A DNA stretch of 64,000 bases, from positions 15,624,001 through 15,688,000 of the forward strand of contig OU015567.1 of NCBI GenBank assembly GCA_907165135.1. Direction: 5' to 3'. This DNA is from Oikopleura dioica (lineage: Eukaryota > Animalia > Chordata). Below the pieces are notes generated by a model, which searched no databases, had not been told where the DNA came from, and saw nothing but the letters and a program-made list of their open reading frames with translations. Every line of letters begins with the position of its first letter. The stretch's first letter is position 1. Below are positions 12,701 through 24,628 of the stretch, piece after piece. The position numbers were made by a program, and so were the translations under genes.

Positions 12701-15610
12701 ATTTAAAACCAAAAATATGGTGTTTTTAAAAATTTCCATTTTTCGAAGGAAAGAGCTGACGAGGGGGTCCTTAATAAATCTTATTTTTTATAGCATTTTT
12801 TAAAATTAAAGGTATCTCTTCGTTAACTCAAATAAAACCAGAAGAAACCCATTATATGATTCAATTTTTGTAAATAAAAAATAAGGGTATCACAACGTTT
12901 ACTCGAGAAAAAAACGATGATTTGGTTTTAAGACTGTGACTCCCTTAATTTTATTCTCAGAATAATTCGGGGGTGAAAATAGAATGAAATTTCGCAATTT
13001 TATTTCCCCTTCCTGAGAGTCAATTTCCCGGCCTCGAGATCCTCGCCGGGAAGAAGGTTCTTGTTGAAGCATTTCCGACACTGGTTTTTCGACAAATGAA
13101 GACGGTTCAGACGCGAACAGGGGAGTGTTGGAGGAAGTGACAATAGGGCCCGGGTGGCGCACGGAAATGTTTACTGTTCAGAGTTGACTTTTTATACAGT
13201 AAAAACTGCTTTGAGGTTAGATTTCAAATTAATTTTTCATCGATTATAATCTGAAATGTTAAAAATTTTCTTTACGGCTTGTCGGGATTTTGCGCATATT
13301 TGCTCAGAGATGCAAATAGAAAAACGACACCCCCTCGCACCATTTTTACAAGTGAGTTCTTCTTGAGACTAGGAATCGAGAATGGCGATGATCGGGACGG
13401 TCATAAATGATCGCTACAAAGTGATAGAAGAGATAAAGCCGCCTAGAGATGGGAAAATTTATCTGCTTGTTGGGGACTTGCAAGAAAGTAGGAGACTTTT
13501 TTTAGAGAATACCTTTTATTTTATGATTCAGAGGAGTCTTATTTGGACGACGAGAAAAAAACGCTGCAACAAAGGCCAGTTAAAAAAATGCTAAAGGGAA
13601 TTTTTCTTTACGGAGAAAAAGAGCGCGAAGAAGCAAAACTCGAAGTTGATCTTCTTAAACAACTTGGAACGGGTTCATAGACACCTTCTTTAACAAATTG
13701 AAAATTAAATATCAGACTTTTAAATTGAACCCTATTGAAGACCACCCAAATGTGATAAAACTCTACGACGATTTTGAATTCACGAGTTCTGATAATTTTC
13801 CGTATCACGCGTTGATTTTTGAATATATGGAGGACGGAAATTTGGCGGACTATTGCAAGAAAAAGCTCAATGGAGGTATTCAAATCCACTATTCAAAAAT
13901 ATTTATACTGTTTGTTACTCAGAAGAAGAAATCGAAGAAGAGGATCAATCAGAACCAAACGAATTTACAGAAAATGAAAAATTTGGACTGACCGTTTCCG
14001 CACAACTTGTTTGTGCTTTAGGTTGGTTAATAATGGAAAAATATCAGAACATATTCTTTTTAAGATCACATTCATGATAAAAATATCATTCACCGAGATG
14101 TCAAGCCTGAAAATGTTCTTTTGTCGGGAAAAACGGTTTGTAAGATCAATTGAACCGCGAAGTTGATTCATTTCTTAAGGCGAAGCTAGGCGACTTCAAT
14201 ATTTCTCGGGCAGCAGAGGGAACGCAGACAACAGGAGTTGCTGGAACATCGGAATATTTGCCACCAGAAGCAATTCAAAATCCTGACAGTGAGAAACTAT
14301 GCTTTCGAAGAGACATGTGGGGCCTTGGAATCATTTTTCAAATGCTTTGCACTTTCAGGACCGATTTTTGAAGATTTTTCTTGAATTTAAATTCGATACT
14401 TTGAAAAATCGGGGAAAGACACCCCTTCGCGGGCAAGAATTCTTTTGAGACAATGATGAACATCGTCAAAAATCGTCGAATGCCAGCTGAAGTTGGGTTT
14501 CCAAAAATAGAGAGTTTGATCAAGCAATGCCTTGTTCCTGAAATCAGCGAACGAGCAGAGAGCGCATCGGCGTTGATGAAACATCCAGCTCTTTACAGTT
14601 TGACTGAACAGCTCATTAATGGGATTTCGCCTTATTGTTTGGAATTTGAAAAAAATCGAGTCGAGACACTGGAGATCGTCGTGAAACATTTGAACAGAGA
14701 AATTGACTATGAGAAAAAAAAAAAAGCATGCCTTCAAGATAAACTCGAAAATCTGTGGAAATTTGGAATTGGGCATTACTTTGGTTTGGACTGCAGAAAA
14801 GTTCGAAGGGAACACTCAGAGACTGATGTCCGAAGCATTCTAAAAGCAATCAACAACGGCGGCGTGCGAAATATCAATTTGAAGGAATCGGATTAAATCG
14901 CATTTTTAAGTTTTTTGATTTTTGTTTCGACGCGATTTTCATCCAAAATAAAGTTTTGTTCCTGGAAAAATTTAGAAGTGTCGGAAGCTGGCTGGACAAT
15001 CCGACATCAATCGTGGAAAGAAAGAGACGGCGGCGACGGCTTCTGGAAAATTTGGATTTTTTTCAACGGTATCGATTTTTGAGTTTGAGATTTTTATTTT
15101 TTAGGAAAACGCGTCGACTTTCAAGCCGACGCGGACGATATTTACTGGAAAAATGGGAAGAGCAGAAACTCGGCGAAGAAGTTGACGCCGGAGCAAGACG
15201 GAATGGTCAGACTCAAAGGAGAAAACGACTGGTCGACAACTTATGTCCGCTGGAATATTTCACTCAAAAACTGATTCTAAGAACCTTTTTGATTCTGTAA
15301 ATAAAAATGATCATGAAATTGAAAAAAATTCTTCCATATTTTCTCTGAAGTCAACCCTTTCCTTTTGGTTCAGTTTCCATAACATCCGTCTCCACCGGTC
15401 CAATTCCTTTCGCATTTTCAATCGCAGGCGAATCTCTCTCTTCATCAGAAGAGCTACTGTCGCTTGAGCTACTGTTTGAAGAGCTGCTGAGTTTTGGAGG
15501 AGTTGAAAACTTCACCGAAGGTTTGATTGTTTCTGGAGATTTTCTGATCTCAGCCGAGGATGTATCGAGAATTGGGCTTAAGGAGTTACCCCTCGGTAAA
15601 GTCGAAGATG
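9776..15610 (-). CDS. Large multi-exon Ser/Glu-rich low-complexity gene (partial); hosts kinase paralog 1 in an intron
   Basis: Phase-compatible canonical chains: exon ~15610-15356 (SSSSNSSSSDSSSSDEERDSP..KGK) joins exon 13173.. (VNISVRHPGPIVTSSN). Exons 10912-10858, 10640-10553 and 9882-9776 join in frame (..APLSPS|ERKLRNISRSSS..AEKR|SRKSSLDNVNQ..VKP). A probable further exon lies near 11600-11850. Ends are not defined. Confidence 0.55.
10150..10410. repeat. GCTAA/GCTCA pentamer-rich element
   Basis: Dense agcttagc/gctaag/gctcag motifs in both orientations, related in motif to 23975, 33390 and 44270. Termini not resolved. Confidence 0.6.
12434..12770. mobile_element. 337-bp non-autonomous DNA transposon, TTAA target site, GG..CC termini (Kolobok-like)
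   Basis: TTAA|GGACCCCCCGTCAG ... CTGACGAGGGGGTCC|TTAA. An inverted, diverged copy lies at ~54778-55099. Confidence 0.75.
13382..15274 (+). CDS. Ser/Thr-type protein kinase (NEK-like layout) + short coiled coil + domain X; paralog K1, 9 exons
   Basis: Spliced product has MLK (beta3), LEVDLL (alphaC), HPNVIKL, HRDVKPEN, DFN, GTSEYLPPE, DMWGLG and HPF..SALMKHP. GA-AG introns at 13667-13740, 14359-14418 and 14885-14953; the other five introns are GT-AG. Ends YVRWNISLKN* at 15274. Confidence 0.9.
14359..14418 (+). other. Example GA-AG non-canonical intron with a 9-bp terminal stem
   Basis: TTC AG|gaCCGATTTTT...AAAAATCGGggaaag|A CAC CCC restores the kinase C-lobe motif FRHPF. No GT donor does so at this site. 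Confidence 0.85.
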
Positions 15611-18600
15611 CTTCTTTTTTGAAAGTTTTGAAAAAATACGAGTGAATACGAAAGAAAGTTCGCTTTGAACAAATTTGTGGGTACAAAAGCTGGTCTGATT
15701 ACATCAAAGAAAAAACATCTCCGCGCTGATGCTCCATACAATGATTTAATTAAGATAAGATTTAGAAGAGTTGGTTTAGAGGACGTACGTGAACACGAGT
15801 GCGGATTTGACGACAAACGCGCGGCGCGCAACGCAGCCCAGGCGGCCTTTTTTCGCTAAATTGATTCTACTTTTTTTGCAATTCGCTGTTTAGGCAATGC
15901 GCGTTTAGCAAAAATTTCGTAAGATATTGGCTCACAAAAAAAAAAAACTTTTCAAAAGGCATTTCTAAGGGAATCGATCCCCTTAATGATCATTTTTTGA
16001 AATCCGTTTTTGCTAATTTTTTATTCAATGACACCCTTATTTATCGAGTTTTATGTGTTAATGTACTCTTATTCTTGAAAGAGATTGCGACGAGAATCGA
16101 GAGTTTTCAAGCCGACTAATATCTCGAATTTCCGCGGCAATCTTTATCTAAAATCTGATTGGCCTACTGGCCAAATAAGGGAATCTGATTGGTCGAAAAC
16201 TATCTAAAAATTTTGGTCAAAATTGTTGGACGAAAATTGATGATTCTAGCTGCCTTCTCCTAAAAAGGCATATTTATGAAATAAATTTTTCAAAAAATTA
16301 AGGGTGTCATTAGAGAAACTCGAATCAATTCAGAAAATGAACACAATCTAAAATTATATTTTCATGAATAAATTAAACGTCAAAATATCTCATTTTGAAA
16401 AAATATTTTACGAGATACACCCCCATATTTAAACCTAACCCTTTAGATCATAAAATTGCGCAATATGTTCAATTCAATAACTTTGCTTGAATAAAACTGG
16501 TCTCCTCCGCCGGAAGGGCTCGATTGACATCAATCTCGTAAGGCTGTTTCTGCGTAATGAAACTGCTTTCAAACGGTCGGGGGCTAGACTCTTCGGGCAC
16601 TTGTCGAATTCGGGCATATTCGACATTGCTCGTTTCCGGTTCTTCCGCGTCTGAGATTTCCGTCTTGCGTCGTTTGAGGGAGCCGCCAAAAGCCGGAACT
16701 GGCGAAAATGAACGGCTGAAAGAAAACAGCGTTAAAATAATAGAAATTCCGGAGAATTAGACTTCCAGCCATCTGATTGGCCGAAATGCTGCGAAAAAGC
16801 GCCATCCATCGTCGATAAAAAATAAAGACAGTTAAAAAAATGACTGTAACGGATCTGTAACGGATTGTTTGATGAAATTCTTGAGGGAATTGTTTAATGA
16901 ATCAGTTCGCTCGAAATTTGTGTGTCGGAACGTGTCAGTCACGTGTCATTTTTCGTTCACCTGGGTGAATCGGATTCGCCTCCTTCGATATGCATTTATA
17001 CTTCAGAACGGGGTCCAGAGCCGGAAAAGCAAATCTTATCAACTGATGTTCCGCAAACATCATTTTAAGACGCTCTTAGGCAAAAGCGAATTTTATACTT
17101 TTGACAGTCGCCCGAAAAAAAAAATAACAAACTCAGGAGAGTTGAATTTATGGTGACTGAGCAAAATTAATAAAAATTTCATCTGAAGCTACTTTTGGGG
17201 GAGGTGTGTGGAACCGACAAAAAATTCGACAAATTTTGCATGGAAATTTTCAACCAATCAGAAGCCTGGATTCGGTAAACCAGTCAATCAGCAGCCGAGT
17301 AGCCGCCAACCCAAAATTTGTCGAAATTTTTTGTAAATTCAAGTCACCATCCCCTTTTAGGGGAAACCCTTTTTTCTGAAATTTTGGGTTGCCAAAGGGT
17401 TTGAAAAATCGAATGCCGTCATAGAATGAGGGCAAAGGGGAGCAAAAAATCTGACTCGGCAACCTGTGTTAAAAACCTGAGTCAGGGTCCGACAGATCTC
17501 AAGCCGCGTAGTATGAAAAGCTTTGCGGCTTTGTTTTATCAAAACCGCATTTCGGGTTTTCATTGGCGATCTGCCGGACCCTGACTCAGGATTTCTACAC
17601 AGGTTGCCGAGCCAAGATCATACAGTTCTTTCAGACCTTAGTCAGGTTTTCTCCAAAGAAATATAATTTGAATATTTTCTTTCTTATCTCTTTCACAAAT
17701 TATTCGTCAAAATACTCCGAAATCATCTGTCCCAAAAACCTTTAGGCCCTCGAATCGCTGAACCAAAGAGCGGAAAGAGCTGAATTGCCGGTGCTCACGG
17801 TATTTCAGAAAACTGCTCTCGAGATTTACATTTCGAATTTATGCGCCTCACGTTGGTGGTTTTTGTTTGGGCAACTTAACTAATCCTTGTTTCGAATTGT
17901 TGAATAAGAGCGCAGATCCTTTGCCAGATGATGCAGTAGCTGAACCGAACGTGTGCAGAGCCACGTTTTTGGAAAAAATACCTTGATCGGAGCATTATTT
18001 CTACCGCGCGTTTCCGGAATAAACGAATTTAAACGTTTTGGAGCGGAAATTGACGTTTGAAGAATCAATAAATCGCTCAAAAAAGGATAAATGAAAGGAA
18101 TAGAAAATATTTTAAAATGATACCTAATAAAAAGAAACAACTTTTCATTGGCTGATAAAAACAAAAAAGCGCCACCTATCGACGACAAAGATGATTCTTG
18201 CCATTTTTGGTTTGAAATTCAAGTTTTAAACCTTTCTTCTCGGCTTGGCAACCTGTAAAGAAAACCTGAGTCAGGGTCCTGAAACAGGTAAATAAAGCTG
18301 TTTGAGAACCCTGACTCTGGTTTTGTACTCAGGTCGCCAAACCCAGAAAAAAAGCTTTTAAAACTAGAATTTCAAGCTAAATACGAAAAAAAAATCATTT
18401 TTGCCGTCGATAGATGGCGCTTTTTTGTTTACATGAGCCAATAGAGATGAGCTCTTTTATGATGAGGTTTCTTTTAAACTATTTTATCGTCTGCCAAAAT
18501 CAAAGTGATTCCGGCAATTTGGAAACCGCAAGGACTTGTAGGGTGCAATTTGGTTTAACTTGGGCTGGGTTAGACAAGTCCGCGAAATTTACGTCATTTT

Positions 18601-20314
18601 TCGCGAAATGCCAGACCCTCCTTTTTGAGATGAGGAAAAGTCTTAGACGAGTGGGGGCTACTCTTTACGAGACGAGTCATTTTAAGTGAATTTCGGAAAA
18701 AAAACGCGGAAACGTGGGTTTTGTTTTGCCGCGCTAAAAATAGTAATGGAGCACTAAATGTAAGTTTGTGGCGAAATACGAAGCGGTGAATAATCATTTT
18801 TTTCGAAATCAAATCTGAAAATTGGATAAATTAAGCAAGCTTTTATATAAATACGAACTTAATGGGGTTTCACGAAAAGCTCTTAGAACGTCTTATTTGG
18901 CGCTTAATTGGTAATAATGATGATTGAATTTAACTTTTTCTCTGAAGAGATTTAATTGCCAGGTTCCTCGGCAACCTGTGTAGAAACCTGAGTCAGGGTC
19001 TAAAAGTGACTGAAAAGAGAATTATTAGTAAAAAGGGCACAAACCAAAAAAAAAGAAGTGCATTTTTGGAAGACCAATAAGCTTGCTGCATTTGACCTAA
19101 CGGCCAATGAAAACCCAGATCCATAAAATCACTCACTTTTCTTGGTTTTGCCCGTAAAAAGCCGCCTCTTCATCAGAAATCTTTCAGATCCTGACTCAGG
19201 TTTTTACACAGGTTGCCAAACCCTGTTTTATTGGGTCCAACAACCCTTGAACGAAACCTGAGTCAGGGCTACCACAGATAAAAATATTCGGTGAATATTT
19301 TACTGTTGGACCCTGACTCAGGTTTTCCACACGAATTTTTTTCTCCCCATGTTTTTTGAGAAGGAAGGATTATTTTTCGAAAAGAATTTGAAGGGTCTAA
19401 TTATCTTCTAAAAAGAGCTTCGTTGAACACGGCTTAAATTGAAAGCTGGCAGCAATTTTGTGGCGGAAATGGGTTCTGTTTTTCGCCTCCGCCTTATTCA
19501 GCCCGAGCAGCGTCCGGAATCTACCAAAGAACAAGCTCAGAGTGTTCTAATCGTGAACAGCTCTTTTTATTCATTTTTTCGAAATTCCGCGAAAATTAAC
19601 AAAAATTTTTCAAAAAACTTTTTTTCGTTATCTTACCTGGTGATAGTAGTCAATTCGCTGATTGGCTCGTCATTTTCTCCAGCACTAGAATTTAAAAATT
19701 AAATACGGTCACGTGGAAGGAGCCTTGAAAGCTTGGAAAACGGAAATTCAGAAAAAGAGAGCTTGAATTCAACTAAGCCAGTAAGTCAGAATCGAATTAG
19801 TGGAAGGATCCATGATCAGAGCAGCTCAAGCGATTATGCGCTCCAGCCACTTTTTAGAGAGTCATCAAGCTGGACACGTACTCAGGTGTTCGAAAAATTG
19901 GGCGCAGGATTTTGCCCGTTGAATTAGCCGCGAGCGGCTTTGATAAAAAAAAATTGTCCGTTTGAAATTAAATTATTTGATGAAAAAATGTCATTTTGAA
20001 TCAATTTGATTGTTTTTTTAAAGAAAAATCAGCCAATAAGAAATGGTAAACATCAGTCAAAATTTTTGACTCGAAATATTTTGCAATGATAGCCGCTCGC
20101 GGCTGTTTTGTCTGAAAACGAAAATTTCCATATTTTTTCATAATTTTGAAAAAACCTATTGGCCAATCAAAATCACGGAAAAATTCAAAATCTGAGTTTT
20201 GGCGGGTTTTGAATTTCTTTTGAAAAAATTCTTACTTTTCTGGTTTCGGGGAAAATTGTCTTTCCTGATTTCTTGGTTCTTCTTGATTTTCTTCTTTTTC
20301 TTAAAATTTTTTGT

Positions 20315-20828
20315 TCAAAAGTTCGAATCGATGTAATTTTTGAACGCGGAAAAAGCGCGGACGCGGGTGTTCTTCTTCGAAAGAACCGCGATTGCTTGAT
20401 CGGCGGTTGGAATTCCCGTAGCGGAAAAAGCTGAGGTAACTTACCAACGAGGAGACGTGGTTTGAACGCGACATCGTGCGACACTTTGTCGCTCGGTTCC
20501 GCATCAGAAGCCGCTTCTTCTTCGCCGAAGGAAGGTGCAAACATGTGACCATCTTCGTCAGAAACTACTTCTCCGGGAAAAGCGGCGTCGATCGATTTTC
20601 GCTGAAGATCTTTTTTCACAATTTCAAATTTAATCTTACCTGAGCGCGATCAGAAGATTCGGAATATTTGGAAGAACTAGAAGAGCTCGAAGAAGCATTT
20701 GAGGAAGGAGAAGAAGATCTCGACCGCTGGATTTCCGATCGAAATGCGTCTGGAACATTCCTTTCGCCTTCTTCATTCGCGACGTTATCCGGCTCAGCCG
20801 ACTCTTCCGGATGATCTGGCTCCACGTC
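20315..20828 (-). CDS. Three spliced exons (20828-20640, 20601-20445, 20394-20315) of an acidic, Ser-rich protein
   Basis: Strong gtaag donors and in-frame joins: DVEPDHPEE..SSSSSSSKYSESSDRAQ|RKSIDAAFPG..KPRLLV|AIAVLSKKNTRVRAFSAFKNYIDSNF*. Relation to the gene at 9776-15610 is unknown. Confidence 0.55.
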
Positions 20829-22190
20829 CTTTGAAACTATTTACGAGTTACTTGATCCGCTCTGTTTCAAATCGTAGGCATTTTTGAGGATTATTTTAGG
20901 TGAATAGATTTATGCATTAGATGGCGCTGTCCAAAAAGAGCGCTAAAATAAATCGCTCTGATTGGCTGAATCATAAAATAGTCAAAATCTTGTCTAAGCC
21001 AATAAAAAAGCGGTATTTTTATAGATAACGCTGTTTTATGGAGGACGCCGAAGTACTCGCTTCTAATTGGTTAGAATAAATAAAGTGAAAAATTATCTTA
21101 GCCAATCAAAAGAGGTATATTATGTACCGTAGATTGCGATTTTTAAATATGGCGCTATTTATTGAAGAACGGCAAAATACGCCTTTTTGATTGGTTTAAA
21201 AAGTCAAATAAAATAAAATCTCGTAGCCAATCAAAAAGAAGTATTCTTTTCGGCGCTCTTTCTTAAATAGCGCCATCTAGCGTAAAATTCATTATTTCCC
21301 TTGAAAATAACAAATTTATCAAATAACATTTTCCTGGCTCAGCGATTACGTGTTCGTTCTCCCTTGCTTGGCCGAAATCGTGTTGCTAAAAAGATAGATC
21401 AGGTTCCATGCTTCTTAGAGATCGGTGGTTCCGAGGAGCATGGACAAAGCAATTTTGCAACAGATAAAGCCGTAAACAGCTGGAGAAGACATTCCTCGAC
21501 AAGATAGGCCAAAGCCGGATGACTACCCAGAATCCGATCAAACTGCAGAAAATCGCAAAAATAACAATTCAAAAAAAAAAACAAAACAGCTGCGGCAAAT
21601 TTAAATGTCCAATTTGGACTTAGAATTTGGCAGTAAAAAATGATCAAAAAAGCGAAAAAAAGCCGTTCGCGGCTTTCAAGTTAAAAAGCAGCAAGCGGCT
21701 TTTTAGTCGAATGTAATAAAAAAGCCGCTTGCGGCTTTTCAATAGAATTTATTTTTATAATAAGGGCTCTTTCTGTTGATTTTTTGATAAAAAAAGCCGA
21801 CTTCGGCTTTTCGCATTTTCTATTTTGAATAAGATTATAAGTTTTTTAATAAAAAACCGCAAGCGGCTTTCTGCGTCTATTGTTTTGAACTGAGCTCGGC
21901 AACGTGACTGTAGAAAACCTGACTCAGGTTCTGAAAGGCAAAAATTAAAAGCCGCGTAGCGGCTTTCTTGAAAACGAAGCCGCAAAGCGGCTTCGCCAGT
22001 ATTTAAATGAACATTAAAGTGATTGTATTGCGAAGCCGCTGTGCGGCTTCGTTTTTAAAAAGCCGCTACGCGGCTTTTCATTTTAGCTCTTTAGAACCTT
22101 AGTCAGGTTTTCTACACAAGTTGCCGAAGCCAGGTTTTGAAAGCCGCAAGCGGCTCTTATTTTCAAATCTATTTTAGAACAAATACTCAC

Positions 22191-22421
22191 GTGATCTTCT
22201 CGTCCAATGACATCAAGTTCGAATTCAATCGGCGAGTTTGGTCGGTCAATCTTTTTCCATGCTCAATTTTATTTTTAATATTTGAACTTAATTATTAAAT
22301 TTGTCAAACAAGAATGTTTTGAATAAATTTTGAGCAAAAATTCCTGCGTCGATTTGACTTGGATGACTCCAATCTGCGCGTTGGAACTGTAATTGGATGC
22401 GTAAACTCGACTCACGTGAGG
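22191..22421 (-). CDS. Two exons (22421-22344, 22250-22191) joined by a GA-AG intron; weak cadherin-repeat-like segment
   Basis: PHVSRVYASNYSSNAQIGVIQVKSTQ|IDRPNSPIEFELDVIGREDH, followed by a gtgagt donor. Both exons are whole-codon lengths (78 and 60 nt). Confidence 0.4.
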
Positions 22422-23974
22422 CTGAGAAAGCAGGGACTTTTAAAACTAATTTCGACAAATTCGGTTGATTACGCGAAGTGTTATAGAACGTGTGAGGAGG
22501 CTGGAATTCGGATAGAAGCGCGAACATTTCCGCTGGAATTTTCAAATCGAGCCGCGGCGGCGATCATTACGAGCACGGCCGCGCGGTGAACCTTTCTTTT
22601 TCTGAGTGGATCGAGCCGCGACCCGTGACACTTCCGCGCTTCCGAGATCGGTGACTTATCGCGGAACTCAAATTTTTAATTGAGGTTTCATTCGCGCTCT
22701 AAATTGATGCTGAAAAAAAGATAAAGTGAACCACCAGAATGATTAAAATCGGAATAAAAGAAAAAATTGGAACATTTTAGATGCCCTAAATTTTATTGCT
22801 TGGGGCATTTTTAATGAAATATATTGAAAAAACATGGAAAAATAAAAAAGCCGCAAGTGAATTATAAAAGCCGCTTGCGGCTTTTCATTTAAATTAAGAT
22901 TTCACCATTTGAATATCAAATATTTTTTATAAAAAAGCCGCATGCTGCCTTTCCAAGTTATATTTTTGTCAGAAGCCGCGTGCGGCTAAAAATTATTGCA
23001 GAAAATATGTTTTTCTCTGGAATTTTAAAGTCATAAAGTTTCCGGTATTATGACTTTTTCGGTCTTTTTCTCGAAGCCGCGCGGGGCTTTTTTATCAAAG
23101 AAGTTTTTTTAAATATTGATTAAATGTAAATATAGCTTATTATTTTTATGTTTTCAACCTTATTTAACTAATTGCCCCTTTTTCCGATAAAAAACGCCGC
23201 TCCATCTCAATTATCGATAAGAAAATCTTGAGTTTCCAGTTTCCCGCTTTCTAGTTTCCTGAAACGTGAGAGTTGCGCATCCATTCCAAGAAGCAGTCTG
23301 AAGCCGTAAGCTGGCTTCCTCCACGACCTAATTATCGCGGATGCCACATTTTCAGATTTCAGAAGATTCCTACATGACAAGCAGCATATGTGGAGGGAGC
23401 AACAAAATCTCGAATTCCGCTTTTTCGAAATTTTTCACTTGAGCGCCGAAATTTCGAAGTTAGCGAAAACAAAAAGGATTAACTCGTTTTTCGTCGAGAC
23501 AGAAAGACAAAAATAAAAACCGCAATTTCTTACGAATAATATAAAATTTTTATGCTTGCGGCTTTAAAAAACTAGAAATTCCTTAATTTTGAAAATAAAT
23601 ATTCTTTCAAAAATAAGATTTCCAGGATTTTGACGGCTAATAAGCCGCGAGCGGCTTTCGGGATTTTTACTTTTGAAAATTCGTAAATTTCGAAATCACG
23701 CTAGAACTCTGACTCATTTTAAAATCGAGACAGATCAGAAAAACAAAAACTTGTCATCATTAGCTCGGCTTGTGTTCGTTACAAAAAAACCGTGTTTTGG
23801 AAAACGAAAAATTGAGTTTCTCATGGGAGAAATTACGTAACGGAGAAAAGGCTGGCTTTTTTCATTTTTGTGGGATCCGTTCCAGTTTTGCCACTTCGAT
23901 TGCGCAGTTGCCATCGTATTTCGCCCGAGCGTGGACCTGTAAGTAGGGTTGTAAAATGGCTAAAGATAAAAATT

Positions 23975-24270
23975 TTGCGCAGCTAAGCTTAGCTGAGCCA
24001 AAGTTATTGTACTCTAGCTAAGCTATTAGCTTTTATAGAAATTAGAGAAGCTTAGCTTAGCTCAGCTAGAGTTCAAAAACTTTGGCTCAGCTAAGCAAAG
24101 CTGCAAAGCTATGCTAACTGAGCATATTTATTCTCTCGGCAGCTAAGCTATCTTAGCCAAGCACAAATTTTAAAAATTTTGGCAATTCTACTTGAACAAC
24201 TAAGCCAGCTTAGCTTTGAAAAAACTTCTCAGTTCAGTTTCTACACTAGCTAAGCTTGCTTAGCTCATGA
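23975..24270. repeat. GCTAA/AGCTT pentamer-rich element
   Basis: Repeated gctaagcttagc motifs. Termini not resolved. Confidence 0.6.
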
Positions 24271-24628
24271 TTTGATTAAATTTAGATTACCATATCTGCA
24301 GATCTTAATTAACAAAAAGACTCCGAAAAATCTCTGCTTCTCTCTCTTTCTTTTTTCAGATAAAAGTCAATCTGTGTTGCAAAAATTCTCGAATCTCAAT
24401 ATTGGCTGATTCACGGCGCCGCTAGTTGAATGCTCGACTTCAAGAGCTCGAGCAAGGTATAAAAACGCGGCGGCTTTATTCAGCTGATATTCATGCCAAA
24501 ACGGATCATTTATTCCCCAGTTTTAATATTTGCCCATTCTGCAAAAGTCTCTTTTCAATTGGAAAAGTCTCGCTGACTTTTTCTTGGAAAAAATCGCCAT
24601 CACAGAATTGGGGAGGTCATTAAAAATT

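Noticed and set aside
12960-13015. GA donor plus GGGG/CCCC hairpin after the 13173 exon as another k+4 intron
   Set aside because: The nearest AG gives an offset of about +10 and no convincing downstream exon, so the junction cannot be placed.
14885-14974. TTTAG (before AAGTG) as the acceptor of the FNLK intron
   Set aside because: It would need an AA donor. The upstream ATAAAG acceptor gives an in-frame, stop-free F-x-x-x-x-x-LEV in all five copies with a GA donor.
13382-15274. Kinase copies as frameshifted pseudogenes
   Set aside because: Apparent breaks resolve at shared intron positions once GA donors are allowed. The A-run near 14713-14725 stays in frame.
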